From positions 1 through 64,000 of IMG/VR virus record IMGVR_UViG_3300043013_000026: a DNA stretch of 64,000 bases. One strand, written 5' to 3'. Positions 45,997-55,084 of this stretch are shown here, piece by piece. Source of the DNA: a virus (lineage: Duplodnaviria > Caudoviricetes). The notes beneath the pieces were generated by a model. It was not told the origin of the DNA. It saw only the letters and a program-made list of their open reading frames with translations, and made no database searches. A program made the position numbers and the translations under genes. How positions within the stretch are numbered: the stretch's first letter is position 1; each line of letters opens with the position of its first letter.

Positions 45997-46688
45997 TGCG
46001 TAAAGATATAGAATTACATATTCAAACAGGCGACGTTGCTCTTGACGCTCAGAATAAATTGAGACTGAGAACATTCAAGTGGGTTGATGACGACGAAACA
46101 GCCGCCATGTTATCTCGCTATATATATGGCGAGATAGACGTTCCGTATTCTGTAAGCACACGCACCATCCAGAATAATGGCTTATATTTTGAAGTGCCTT
46201 ATACCCCTAAATATAAGGAGTTCAAATTAAGGATACGCCGTGTATATGAAGACGGCACTTACGAATATTTGCAAAACGAGGTTGATGGCTCTCATTGGTT
46301 CTTAGCTCAAACGTCGCTGTATGGTACCGGCTTGAAGAATGTGTATGCGTCGATGTTGCCGGCAATCTCGGAAACGAGCTTTTATGCCTCTTTGCATGAT
46401 GGTATCGCTGAGATATATTCCAGCAGCCAATCCGATTTTAATATCGTCAAGGCAAATAGACAGAACGCTAACTGTTTACTTGCGTGTTTTCCAGGCGGTA
46501 ATTACCGATACCCATTAACAGGAGTCGGTTTGGCGCGTTGGATAAACTCTACCAATGTGATTTCTACGGACTTAACCACAGTGCTTCAGGACGAGTTTAG
46601 CGCTGATGGAGTGACAGTTAAGAACGCTGCATATAATTACGATACTCAACAAATGGAACTTGACTTGTCAGTTCAAGAAGACGATTAA
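45996..46688 (+). CDS. Putative baseplate wedge/sheath-initiator protein
   Basis: PGGNYRYPLTGVGL...EFSADG; position before LysM-like and J-like genes. Confidence 0.5.
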   Translation: MRKDIELHIQTGDVALDAQNKLRLRTFKWVDDDETAAMLSRYIYGEIDVPYSVSTRTIQNNGLYFEVPYTPKYKEFKLRIRRVYEDGTYEYLQNEVDGSHWFLAQTSLYGTGLKNVYASMLPAISETSFYASLHDGIAEIYSSSQSDFNIVKANRQNANCLLACFPGGNYRYPLTGVGLARWINSTNVISTDLTTVLQDEFSADGVTVKNAAYNYDTQQMELDLSVQEDD

Positions 46689-46689
46689 T

Positions 46690-47586
46690 ATGGCTACATA
46701 TACAGTAAAACCTAATCAAAATTTGTACGATGTTGCATTATATTTATATGGCAGCATTGAAGGGCTGTTTGACCTATTGATCAGCAATGAAGATATTAAC
46801 ATGACCACTGATTTAGTATATGGTCAAGAATTGACGTATCACGAGGAGTTTATCTTGAACTCAACAATCGTGGGTGAGTTTGCTGATAAATCAATCGTTC
46901 CGGCTTCAGGCGCACGAAAGGTATATTTCAAGCGCCCTGAAGAAGACTTGATTATGATTGTCGGAGTTAATGCTGACATGACATACGCCACATTCAAGGC
47001 ATCAGGAGAAGGTTCTATGGTGATTGACTGGGGTGACAACTCGGAGCTTGAGACTATAACTCTTTCAACAAGTGTGCAAAAGGTTGAGCATTATTTTGAT
47101 AACGAAACTGAAAAGCGTAGAATCAGAATCTATGGCGATAACAGCACATTAAAATTCATCCAGCTTGACACAACAGGACTGGGTGGGGCTTTGGTAATGT
47201 GTCGGCCATTGACTGTTGACGAATACACTTGTGTTGGTTGTGGGTATGTACTAACAGGATTGACATTGTTTGACGGTACATATAAAGTTGATTTACATCG
47301 AAGTACAATCGCTAATCTGTTGCCTATTGGAGACATGGGACTTCAGGAACTTGATTTAACGGATGCTCGTTTCGTAAACGATAGCGCAATCGACGATTAT
47401 CTTGAGTATGTCGTTAAACATTATGAGGACCGCAGACCATGTACTGTGTATCTCACAACAGAGCCCGGAGCACGTGGATATGCGGCTATTGACACAATCT
47501 TAGGTGAACCTGAGTGGAACATCTCAGATACTTGGAAATTTTATATTAACAATCAATTATATCAATCAGATGGCACGAACTCTTAG
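46690..47586 (+). CDS. Baseplate protein with N-terminal LysM-like (gpX-like) domain
   Basis: YTVKPNQNLYDVALYLYGSIEGLFDLLISN; IDWGD PKD-like motif. Confidence 0.6.
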   Translation: MATYTVKPNQNLYDVALYLYGSIEGLFDLLISNEDINMTTDLVYGQELTYHEEFILNSTIVGEFADKSIVPASGARKVYFKRPEEDLIMIVGVNADMTYATFKASGEGSMVIDWGDNSELETITLSTSVQKVEHYFDNETEKRRIRIYGDNSTLKFIQLDTTGLGGALVMCRPLTVDEYTCVGCGYVLTGLTLFDGTYKVDLHRSTIANLLPIGDMGLQELDLTDARFVNDSAIDDYLEYVVKHYEDRRPCTVYLTTEPGARGYAAIDTILGEPEWNISDTWKFYINNQLYQSDGTNS

Positions 47587-48475
47587 TGAAATATATGCGG
47601 TAGCTAAAGCGCAACGTGATAGCTATTTGGAGCTGACAGAATTTGAAAACAGCTCTAAGATGTCGGTGCTGGACGCATTTACATGGGTCACTTCTGCTTG
47701 TATATGGACGTTTGAGAATGTCGTTGATGTGTTTAAGATTGACCTTGCAAAAGACCTTCAGAACCGCATTAACGGCACTCCGGCTTACTTCGCTAACGCA
47801 CTGCTGAAATATCAGTCAGGCGATGAATTGGTGATGAATGACGAGGGTACTTCTTTCTCGTATGCCAGTGTTGATACATCAAAACGTGTTATCACAAAGG
47901 TCGCATACTATGAGGAAGATGAAGCTGGATTTCACGATAAGCTCGTCAGATTTAAGATTGCAACCGGCGACCCCGGTTCGTACTCTCGAATTGACGATAG
48001 CGAACTTGTGTCTATCCGTGCTTATCTCAACCAAATCTTGTTTGCCGGTCAACACGCGAAAGTTGTAAGCCGCATTGGTGACATCTTGGTTCCAAGAGTA
48101 GTCGTGTACTATGATGGAGCGGTGACTGAAGACGACCTGTACACGAGCATTGAAACAGCTCTCAACGACTTCATCGCCAACATCGACTTTAACGGTGTGA
48201 TATACGCTCAGAAAGTGATTGACTGCATCCAAAATGTAGAGCACGTAACTGACGTATCAGTATCGTCTAAAGACACCGACTATCAAGGCATTTATATAGC
48301 CTCGTATGACGACGATAACAACCTCATCAAAACCAATGATGACCCGTTGGTGAAGATTGACCGTTACGTTGTTCCAAACTCAGGTTATATCAAACAAAGC
48401 TCCGGCACTGGCGAGGAAGTTGACATTCCTTTGTGGCGTGATACAATAATCCTTAAACTGGAAGATAACGTATGA
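47570..48475 (+). CDS. Baseplate J-like wedge protein
   Basis: MARTLSEIY, GTPAYF..ALLKYQ.GD, YLNQILFAG, DCIQNVEHV. Confidence 0.65.
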   Translation: MARTLSEIYAVAKAQRDSYLELTEFENSSKMSVLDAFTWVTSACIWTFENVVDVFKIDLAKDLQNRINGTPAYFANALLKYQSGDELVMNDEGTSFSYASVDTSKRVITKVAYYEEDEAGFHDKLVRFKIATGDPGSYSRIDDSELVSIRAYLNQILFAGQHAKVVSRIGDILVPRVVVYYDGAVTEDDLYTSIETALNDFIANIDFNGVIYAQKVIDCIQNVEHVTDVSVSSKDTDYQGIYIASYDDDNNLIKTNDDPLVKIDRYVVPNSGYIKQSSGTGEEVDIPLWRDTIILKLEDNV

Positions 48476-49002
48476 GGTACTTCATTAACTTCGATAAGAC
48501 AATAAATCAGCTTGTGCCCTACTACATGGGAGGGCGCAGACTGATTCTGTACTTACAGGCCCTCATGTATCCGTTACGACAGGTTAATGATGAGTTTGTA
48601 GAGTACGCTAAGGAAACCCGTATTGAGGCAGCTATGACCTCTCAGATATTCAAGTTTGAGTGGTATCTCAATCGAAAATTCAGTAAGTACTTCGCTAACG
48701 GTGGTCGTATAGCAATCACCAGCTCCGAGACTCTTGGCGTTCCTTTCTATCTGGAGTCTGCCAATATTGCTAATAGTGAAAACCCGGTTGTCCGCTTTAA
48801 GTCGGAAAACAATAATGCCAATCAGCTAATTCTCTATCGGAGCGATGAGCAAACCGGCAAAAGTAGTGTGAGCTTCATCGTCACTACTCCCAAAATTGAT
48901 ACGAAACTCATTAGTGAGCAAAAATATACCGCAATGCTGAAATATGTCATCGACAAGTATCGGCTTGCTAACAAAACATATATCATCAAATACGAATCGT
49001 AA
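48472..49002 (+). CDS. Baseplate gpI-like protein
   Basis: LVPYYM...SQIFKFEWYLNRKF...YRLANKTY; follows J-like gene. Confidence 0.55.
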   Translation: MRYFINFDKTINQLVPYYMGGRRLILYLQALMYPLRQVNDEFVEYAKETRIEAAMTSQIFKFEWYLNRKFSKYFANGGRIAITSSETLGVPFYLESANIANSENPVVRFKSENNNANQLILYRSDEQTGKSSVSFIVTTPKIDTKLISEQKYTAMLKYVIDKYRLANKTYIIKYES

Positions 49003-50765
49003 TGAAAGAATTTAGCGCAGAAACTGGTGGTCGCTATACTTACGCCGATGACATTGAGAACCTTCAGGAGCTGTCATTGGCTTTCGCCCAGATTTTCGAT
49101 GATTGTGACAACTTCATAGTTAGCGGCTGTGAAGTTTCTTCCGGCTCGATCAGCGCCGGCTATGTGTACCTTAACGGAAGGCTGCGCAAGTTCTCAGGCG
49201 CAACCGGTATCTCGTCATGGCCTCAGTACATATATGAACTCAATTCAACTGAGAGCGTGCCGTATGAAAGTGGCACGACTAAGGTCGGTCGTAACGTATA
49301 TGGCTGTGCGGTTGCCAAGTCCGTTCCTGTTACTAAAGACCCTCTTACCTCTAAAGTTCCTCAATCTATCTCTATTGCATCGACTGGTGGCAAGCGAATG
49401 AAGGATGCGTTCATTGGTAAATATGCGCTTCTGCTTAATCCTGCCAGTGACACTCAGACCGTAAACAGCGCTGTGAACTTTTCTAAGACGTTGCAAGCAC
49501 TGGGCAGCTTGGTGGCTAACAAGGATGTGAAGATTGTCAGTGGTTCTCTGACCACTACACTGAGTTATGACAGTTCAGCCTTCAATGTAATACTGTCAGG
49601 TGGCACGAATACATACAAATTCTCGTTGATTGACGGCACCGGTTTTGGTTTTTATGTAAACGGTAACTTGGTTGCAAAAATCAATGCGTCAGCCATCACT
49701 TTTAATCAGCCGGTTACAGCTTCCAAGGGTACTTTCGGTGGGCTTGTGATGCACGATAATTACCTGTATCAAGGCACTGCCAACGCCGAGAGCTCGTTGT
49801 ACATCAACTACTATGGTTACGGCAATAGTTCTTCATATTACCGCAACACTTATATTGGCAATGGCAAAGGCTCAATCCTGCTTGCTATCAATGGCGCATC
49901 AGGTTCTATCAGCGCAAATGGGCAAACTACTATAACCACAAATGAGGTAGATGCGCTCATTCTCAAGAATAAGACTTATTCTAAGAATAACGCAAGCCTT
50001 GTCAACGCTATCTCTTGGAAAGACAGCGCCGGTAGTGTTATGGCTCGTGCCGGTTTTACCAGCACCGCCGACCAGATTTTCCGTATCATTTGTTCTTCAT
50101 ACGATATTGAGGTTACAGCTGGTACGGCGGTCAACATTGGTCCGGCTATTAAAGAAGGCGGCGTTCTATTGTCTGAGAAGTATGTGCTTGTTTCAGATTT
50201 GGAAAGTGCTCTTGGCGGTAAAATCAATGTGTCAGACGTGTACTCCACTACACAAGCCGATGCAAAGTTTGCGACCAAGGCCGGCGGTCTCTCTCAGTTT
50301 GTAAACAGTACAAATACCGCTGCCGTGTGTCGCACTCAAATTGGAGCGGTCGGTTCATCAGAGCTTAGCAGTTATGCCAAACTGAGCAACTTCCTCTCTG
50401 ATATGGCTACGTCAGATGCCAACAAGAAGAAAATCCGCGATAACATTGGAGCTGCTGCTGTTGATGAGTTCCAGACTAAGCTAACAGACTCTGGTTGGAT
50501 TCTCGTTAAGGATTCTCTTTATGTGCGTCAGATTGGTAATATCGTCAGCGTACAGGGTACAGTAAAGACGGTTCACTCAGGTACAGTATTCACGATACCG
50601 AACTCTATCCAAGCTCCTACACACGCTGTTAAACATTGTATCTCTTTTGCCAACAACCGTAACTGGGTGTGCAAGATTGACGCAGGACAGAGAGCTTGTA
50701 CGGTTGTCTATTGTGACAGCAGTTGTAGCCGCAATACAGAATTTTCACTCTCATATATGATATAG
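49002..50765 (+). CDS. Baseplate-attached tail fibre protein
   Basis: TGGRY..DD...LQ, IVSGC...ISAGYVYLNG N-terminus; DSGW...RQIGNIVSVQG C-terminal fibre domain. Confidence 0.65.
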   Translation: MKEFSAETGGRYTYADDIENLQELSLAFAQIFDDCDNFIVSGCEVSSGSISAGYVYLNGRLRKFSGATGISSWPQYIYELNSTESVPYESGTTKVGRNVYGCAVAKSVPVTKDPLTSKVPQSISIASTGGKRMKDAFIGKYALLLNPASDTQTVNSAVNFSKTLQALGSLVANKDVKIVSGSLTTTLSYDSSAFNVILSGGTNTYKFSLIDGTGFGFYVNGNLVAKINASAITFNQPVTASKGTFGGLVMHDNYLYQGTANAESSLYINYYGYGNSSSYYRNTYIGNGKGSILLAINGASGSISANGQTTITTNEVDALILKNKTYSKNNASLVNAISWKDSAGSVMARAGFTSTADQIFRIICSSYDIEVTAGTAVNIGPAIKEGGVLLSEKYVLVSDLESALGGKINVSDVYSTTQADAKFATKAGGLSQFVNSTNTAAVCRTQIGAVGSSELSSYAKLSNFLSDMATSDANKKKIRDNIGAAAVDEFQTKLTDSGWILVKDSLYVRQIGNIVSVQGTVKTVHSGTVFTIPNSIQAPTHAVKHCISFANNRNWVCKIDAGQRACTVVYCDSSCSRNTEFSLSYMI

Positions 50766-50767
50766 CA

Positions 50768-50977
50768 ATGAAAAAGTACAATTCACCAGCGCAGGCCCGT
50801 AGCCTTCGCGAAATCGAAGCTGCTGCTTATGCGCCGGCTATCGAAAACATTCAAAACGTTACTTGCGATGTTCAACCCGTATGTACCGCCGAAGCGACAG
50901 AAGAAGCGGGGGCCGAAGCCCAAGCCGAAACCAAAGCCAAAAAAGCGCGGAGCAAAAAGAATACCGAGACGGTTTGA
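50768..50977 (+). CDS. Hypothetical 69-aa Ala/Glu/Lys-rich protein
   Basis: Starts 2 nt after previous stop. Confidence 0.5.
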   Translation: MKKYNSPAQARSLREIEAAAYAPAIENIQNVTCDVQPVCTAEATEEAGAEAQAETKAKKARSKKNTETV

Positions 50978-51272
50978 TGAAGTTCCGCTGGGCTATAATT
51001 TACGCTTAAAGGCACCATTAGAGTACGACCTCATATTACAAGTGGTCGGCCCTAATGGGAAGCCTGAAGCGGACTTAGTGGAAGCCATCAGTTATTGCTC
51101 AGCCAACCCATACTTCCGAACCGAACAATTCCGAAAGGCTCTGATAAAGTATCGTGAAAGGGGCTGTACGACAGACCATGTAAAGAAGCCGCCATCCCCA
51201 GCGACCATCGCCAGAGCCATCACAATAAGAAAAAATGGTCTAAAAAGACAGTTTTCAAATGAGTGCGAATGA
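50868..51272 (+). CDS. Hypothetical basic protein with PK repeats
   Basis: Fills 50978-51272; overlaps previous ORF by 110 nt if started at ATG 50868. Confidence 0.5.
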   Translation: MFNPYVPPKRQKKRGPKPKPKPKPKKRGAKRIPRRFDEVPLGYNLRLKAPLEYDLILQVVGPNGKPEADLVEAISYCSANPYFRTEQFRKALIKYRERGCTTDHVKKPPSPATIARAITIRKNGLKRQFSNECE

Positions 51273-51387
51273 TTAAAAATTATTCGCACTTTTCTTTATA
51301 ATTTTGAAAATTATTTGTACCTTTACACCGTTTTTCAAATTGATATAGTACAGAATCCAGTAATAAACATTATGCAAATCCCTATAA

Positions 51388-52116
51388 ATGAAGGACTTTA
51401 CTGTGTCTGTACGCAAGCTTACAGACATTGAACTTTTAAGGGAAGCGTGCGAAACGACTTTCTTGGGAACGAGTCATGCGTCGTTAAGTTCTCTTTACAA
51501 GTCTGAACACTCCCCGGTGAGGACCCAACTCTTCTGGATCAGCCTTAAAAACATCCCGCTCTTTGTGAGCACTCATCTCCTTCGGCATCACGTTGGTTCT
51601 GTTCCATTCCAGCTATCTTGCCGAGATGACCGCAAAGGTGGCAACCCAGGTTTGCCCGGTCGAGTAGAGGAAATCAAAACACAGTTGCAATCTATTTTGG
51701 ACCATTTTTCAAAAGGAGGCAGCTACCACAACGGTATTCATACCGAAGCCGAAAACATTATCACAGAATTAGATTGGATTGCAGAAAACACAGACCGTCA
51801 AACTCCGGTGAACCTCAGTCTGTGTATCAATGCCCAATCCCTTATTGACATGGCGAAACTCCGTCTTTGTACTGGGTGCGCTTCAAAAGAAACAGTGATT
51901 GTCTTCCGCGCCATTAAAAATGAAATCGCAAAAATTGACCCTGAGTTAGCTGCTATGATGGTTCGCAAGTGTGTGTACCGCAATGGCCTGTGCGGAGAAC
52001 CACGCTGTTGTGGATTTAATCACACTTCAGAGTTCCAAGCTGAACTTGGAGATTACGTTTCTCACTTCTCAGAGAAACAAATAGGAATAAACCTCAAATC
52101 CGATACAACAAAATGA
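51388..52116 (+). CDS. thyX: FAD-dependent thymidylate synthase-like protein
   Basis: EHSP, VSTHLLRHH...S.R, INAQSL...LRLC, CVYR..C motifs; coupled to RNR. Confidence 0.7.
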   Translation: MKDFTVSVRKLTDIELLREACETTFLGTSHASLSSLYKSEHSPVRTQLFWISLKNIPLFVSTHLLRHHVGSVPFQLSCRDDRKGGNPGLPGRVEEIKTQLQSILDHFSKGGSYHNGIHTEAENIITELDWIAENTDRQTPVNLSLCINAQSLIDMAKLRLCTGCASKETVIVFRAIKNEIAKIDPELAAMMVRKCVYRNGLCGEPRCCGFNHTSEFQAELGDYVSHFSEKQIGINLKSDTTK

Positions 52117-54347
52117 CCATACAAGAATGGCTTAACAACGAGGATTTGCCTATCACCATTTGGAAGAAGAAATACCAGCAAAACGGAGAAGACTTCGAGC
52201 AATGGCTTGATAGAGTTTCAGGACAGGACGAAGAAGTAAAAGCTCTAATTCGTGATCAAAAATTTATCTTCGCCGGTCGAATTTTATCTAATCGTGGCGT
52301 AACTGGAAGGCACTTAACTTTAAGCAACTGTTACGTGTGTACACCGCCTGAAGACAACTTGGAATCAATTTTTGAGGCCGGCGCAAAAATGGCGCGTACC
52401 TTTAGTTATGGCGGTGGATGTGGACTTGATGTAAGCAAACTGCGTCCGAAAGATGCGCCTGTAAACAATGCCGCAAAGACCACTTCAGGTACTGTCAGTT
52501 TTATGGACTTCTACAGTTACATAACTGGATTAGTGTGTCAGCAGGGCCGACGTGGAGCAACAATGCTCAGCATTTCTTGCGAGCACCCAGACCTTATTGA
52601 CTTCATTAATCTCAAGTCAAATCTGGACGTATGCACCAAAGCAAACATCTCAGTGCGCGTAACCGATGCCTTTATGAAGGCGGTAGAAAACAACGCTGAC
52701 TTCACACTACATTTCACATTGGAAGATGGTTCAGAAATCAAAAAGGTTATCAACGCTAAAGAAGTATTCATGCTCTTGGCGAAACGTAATTGGGAGATGG
52801 CTGAACCCGGTATCCTTTATTGGGACCGAATTGCTAACTACAATTTGCTCCAGAATACAGGATTTCAATATGCTGGTGTGAATCCATGCGCCGAAGAACC
52901 TCTGCCGCCCGGCGGGAGCTGCCTACTTGGTAGCATCAACCTCAGCAAGTTCGTCGTGCATCCATTTACCAACGTTGCTTTCATTGATACTGACCGTTTG
53001 GCTGAGACGGTGGAGGTAGCTGTAAGGGCTTTAAATGATGTGCTTATGGAAGGCTTACCGCTTCATCCGCTTCAGGAGCAACGTGACGCTGTGAGGGACT
53101 GGCGACAAATCGGTCTTGGCACTCTTGGTCTTGGTGATATGCTTATTATGTGCGGATTGAAATATGGCTCTCGTGAATCATTAGAGACAATCCGCTCAAT
53201 CTATCATATTATCGCTGCTTCAGCAGTTCACGCCTCGCTTCAGATGGCAAAACAGTATGGGGCGTTCCCTAAATGTTCATCAGAAATCAAAGAAGCAATC
53301 GTTAAGTCTGATTTCGTTCAGTACTTAAATTTGCCGGATTCAATTCTGGATGAAATTAAGGAGTACGGTCTTTACAACTCTCAGCTTTTGACTTGCGCCC
53401 CGACCGGAACAATCGGCACAATGCTTCAGGTGAGCACCGGCGTTGAACCAAACTTCGCTTTCTCTTATAATCGACGCACCGTTTCTTTGAACTCTGAAGA
53501 AACAACATATAAAGTAGATACCAAAATCGTATCTGACTTCAGAAAGGCGACCGGCATGACGGAGCTTCCAGACTATTTTGTATCCTCTGCTGATATTGAT
53601 TACCATGATCGTGTTCGCGTTCAGGCAATGCTTCAGAAATACATCGACGCATCAATTAGCTCTACCGTTAATCTGCCTAACAGTGCCACTATTGAAGATG
53701 TCGCCGACCTTTATATGGAAGCCTGGATAAATGGTTTGAAGGGTATCACAATATGGCGTGACGGTTGTCAACGTCAAGCTATCCTCTCAACCGATAAAAA
53801 GGAAGAGCCTAAAAAAGAATCTGAGCCTGTTGACGAAAACGCTCCGACAAAAGTTAAGAAGGCTTCAGACGACTGTATCGGTCGTAAACGCACTCTTGTT
53901 ACCGGTTGTGGCACTTTGCATCTCACAGCGTTCTTTGACCGTCACACTGGGCAATTACTGGAGACATACTTCAGCAAGGGCTCACAAGGTGGCTGTGCAT
54001 TGTTTATGGTTGGCTTGTCGCGCATGGTCTCTTTGGCTGCTCGTGGTAACATTTCAATCCATGACATTGTTGACCAGCTAAAGAGTGCTGGCACGTGTCC
54101 GTCTTACGCTGTTAGAAAAGCCACTCGCAAAGACACTTCAATCGGTTCGAGCTGCCCGGTGGCAATCGGCTATGCTTTGATTGATATGTATAACGAGTTG
54201 CAAAAGGAGCTTCATGGTGAGCAACATCAGGAAGAAAATAAGCAACCCAGTGTGGACTCTCCAAAGTGTCCTAAATGCGGTGAGCCTATCCAGATGGTAG
54301 AAGGTTGTATGACCTGTGCATCGTGTGGATACTCCAAATGTAGCTAA
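52113..54347 (+). CDS. nrdJ: Class II (adenosylcobalamin-dependent) ribonucleotide reductase
   Basis: SNCY, GGGCG, RRGA, NISV, NPCAEEPL, CLLGSINL, APTGT, C-terminal TSCPD-like domain and Zn ribbon; no small subunit nearby. Confidence 0.9.
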   Translation: MTIQEWLNNEDLPITIWKKKYQQNGEDFEQWLDRVSGQDEEVKALIRDQKFIFAGRILSNRGVTGRHLTLSNCYVCTPPEDNLESIFEAGAKMARTFSYGGGCGLDVSKLRPKDAPVNNAAKTTSGTVSFMDFYSYITGLVCQQGRRGATMLSISCEHPDLIDFINLKSNLDVCTKANISVRVTDAFMKAVENNADFTLHFTLEDGSEIKKVINAKEVFMLLAKRNWEMAEPGILYWDRIANYNLLQNTGFQYAGVNPCAEEPLPPGGSCLLGSINLSKFVVHPFTNVAFIDTDRLAETVEVAVRALNDVLMEGLPLHPLQEQRDAVRDWRQIGLGTLGLGDMLIMCGLKYGSRESLETIRSIYHIIAASAVHASLQMAKQYGAFPKCSSEIKEAIVKSDFVQYLNLPDSILDEIKEYGLYNSQLLTCAPTGTIGTMLQVSTGVEPNFAFSYNRRTVSLNSEETTYKVDTKIVSDFRKATGMTELPDYFVSSADIDYHDRVRVQAMLQKYIDASISSTVNLPNSATIEDVADLYMEAWINGLKGITIWRDGCQRQAILSTDKKEEPKKESEPVDENAPTKVKKASDDCIGRKRTLVTGCGTLHLTAFFDRHTGQLLETYFSKGSQGGCALFMVGLSRMVSLAARGNISIHDIVDQLKSAGTCPSYAVRKATRKDTSIGSSCPVAIGYALIDMYNELQKELHGEQHQEENKQPSVDSPKCPKCGEPIQMVEGCMTCASCGYSKCS

Positions 54348-54357
54348 ATAAATCTAT

Positions 54358-54398
54358 CTATACCCCTTCTGCCTTCGGGAACAACGGAAGGGGTATAG
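54358..54398 (+). terminator. Terminator after RNR
   Basis: CTATACCCCTTC / GAAGGGGTATAG 12-bp stem. Confidence 0.65.
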
Positions 54399-54540
54399 CT
54401 TTAGACAAAACAGTTTCATTATTAATCCTTTTGACATAAATGAAACTTTTTTCTTTCTGTTTTTCAATTACTTAGATAATTTTTCATTTAACTTCTTGAA
54501 AATTTTTTCCAAAATATTTTGTTAAGTTAAAAATTCATCT

Positions 54541-54548
54541 TATCTTTG
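54541..54548 (+). promoter_or_regulatory. Bacteroidota -7 promoter element for replication operon
   Basis: TATCTTTG with TTTG about 20 nt upstream, AT-rich context. Confidence 0.65.
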
Positions 54549-54592
54549 CAACGTATTAATAAACCAAAGTTATCAAAAATGAAAGAAATGAC

Positions 54593-55066
54593 ATGATTAG
54601 AAGTAAGGGCATAGTCGAAGTCCATGAGGGCTATGCCGACTCCAGCGAGCTAAAAGAGGCTGTGGACATTTTGCCGGACGGAGAGTATGGTTATCTCCTT
54701 TTCGACAAAAAGAAAAACCGCTCGCTACCTCAGTTGAAGTTTCTATTCGGCTACCTACTCAAAACTCTCAGCGAGGAGTTAGAAGGAAACCCGGACGTGG
54801 AAGCACTATACAGTTATTTTGAAGAGCTATACGCACCGATTCATCACTGTAAAATCCCAGGAGAAAAGGAAGAGTTTGAATACTTTGACCTTAAAAACGA
54901 ACCAGCAACTGAGATGGATTATGTCATCAACAAGATTATCCATCATGCCAAGACAGAATGGGACATCGACCTGTTAACCCGTGAACGGCTCAAAGCCGCT
55001 GAAGCAAGCGAACTCTACGCAGGTGCCTACGCTGATACTTGGAAAAATTACCAAAGAAAAATATGA
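54593..55066 (+). CDS. Hypothetical protein, possibly NinB-like
   Basis: RSLPQLKFLFG resembles NinB/DUF1367 RS..Q motif; precedes SSB. Confidence 0.45.
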   Translation: MIRSKGIVEVHEGYADSSELKEAVDILPDGEYGYLLFDKKKNRSLPQLKFLFGYLLKTLSEELEGNPDVEALYSYFEELYAPIHHCKIPGEKEEFEYFDLKNEPATEMDYVINKIIHHAKTEWDIDLLTRERLKAAEASELYAGAYADTWKNYQRKI

Positions 55067-55084
55067 TAGACCAATTTTATCATT

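Noticed and set aside
41803-50765. Second DGR variable repeat in other fibre genes
   Set aside because: No TR-like sequence or lectin-fold WSSTE motif seen at their 3' ends by eye; a remote VR outside the window cannot be excluded
50935-50950. A AAA AAG slippery heptamer in the 50868 ORF
   Set aside because: A -1 shift would only truncate the product into the overlapping ORF's stop; no clear stimulator; likely a by-product of Lys codons
54348-54592. tRNA or riboswitch in the AT-rich intergenic region
   Set aside because: Only a terminator hairpin and promoter elements seen; no cloverleaf or cobalamin-box pattern recognised
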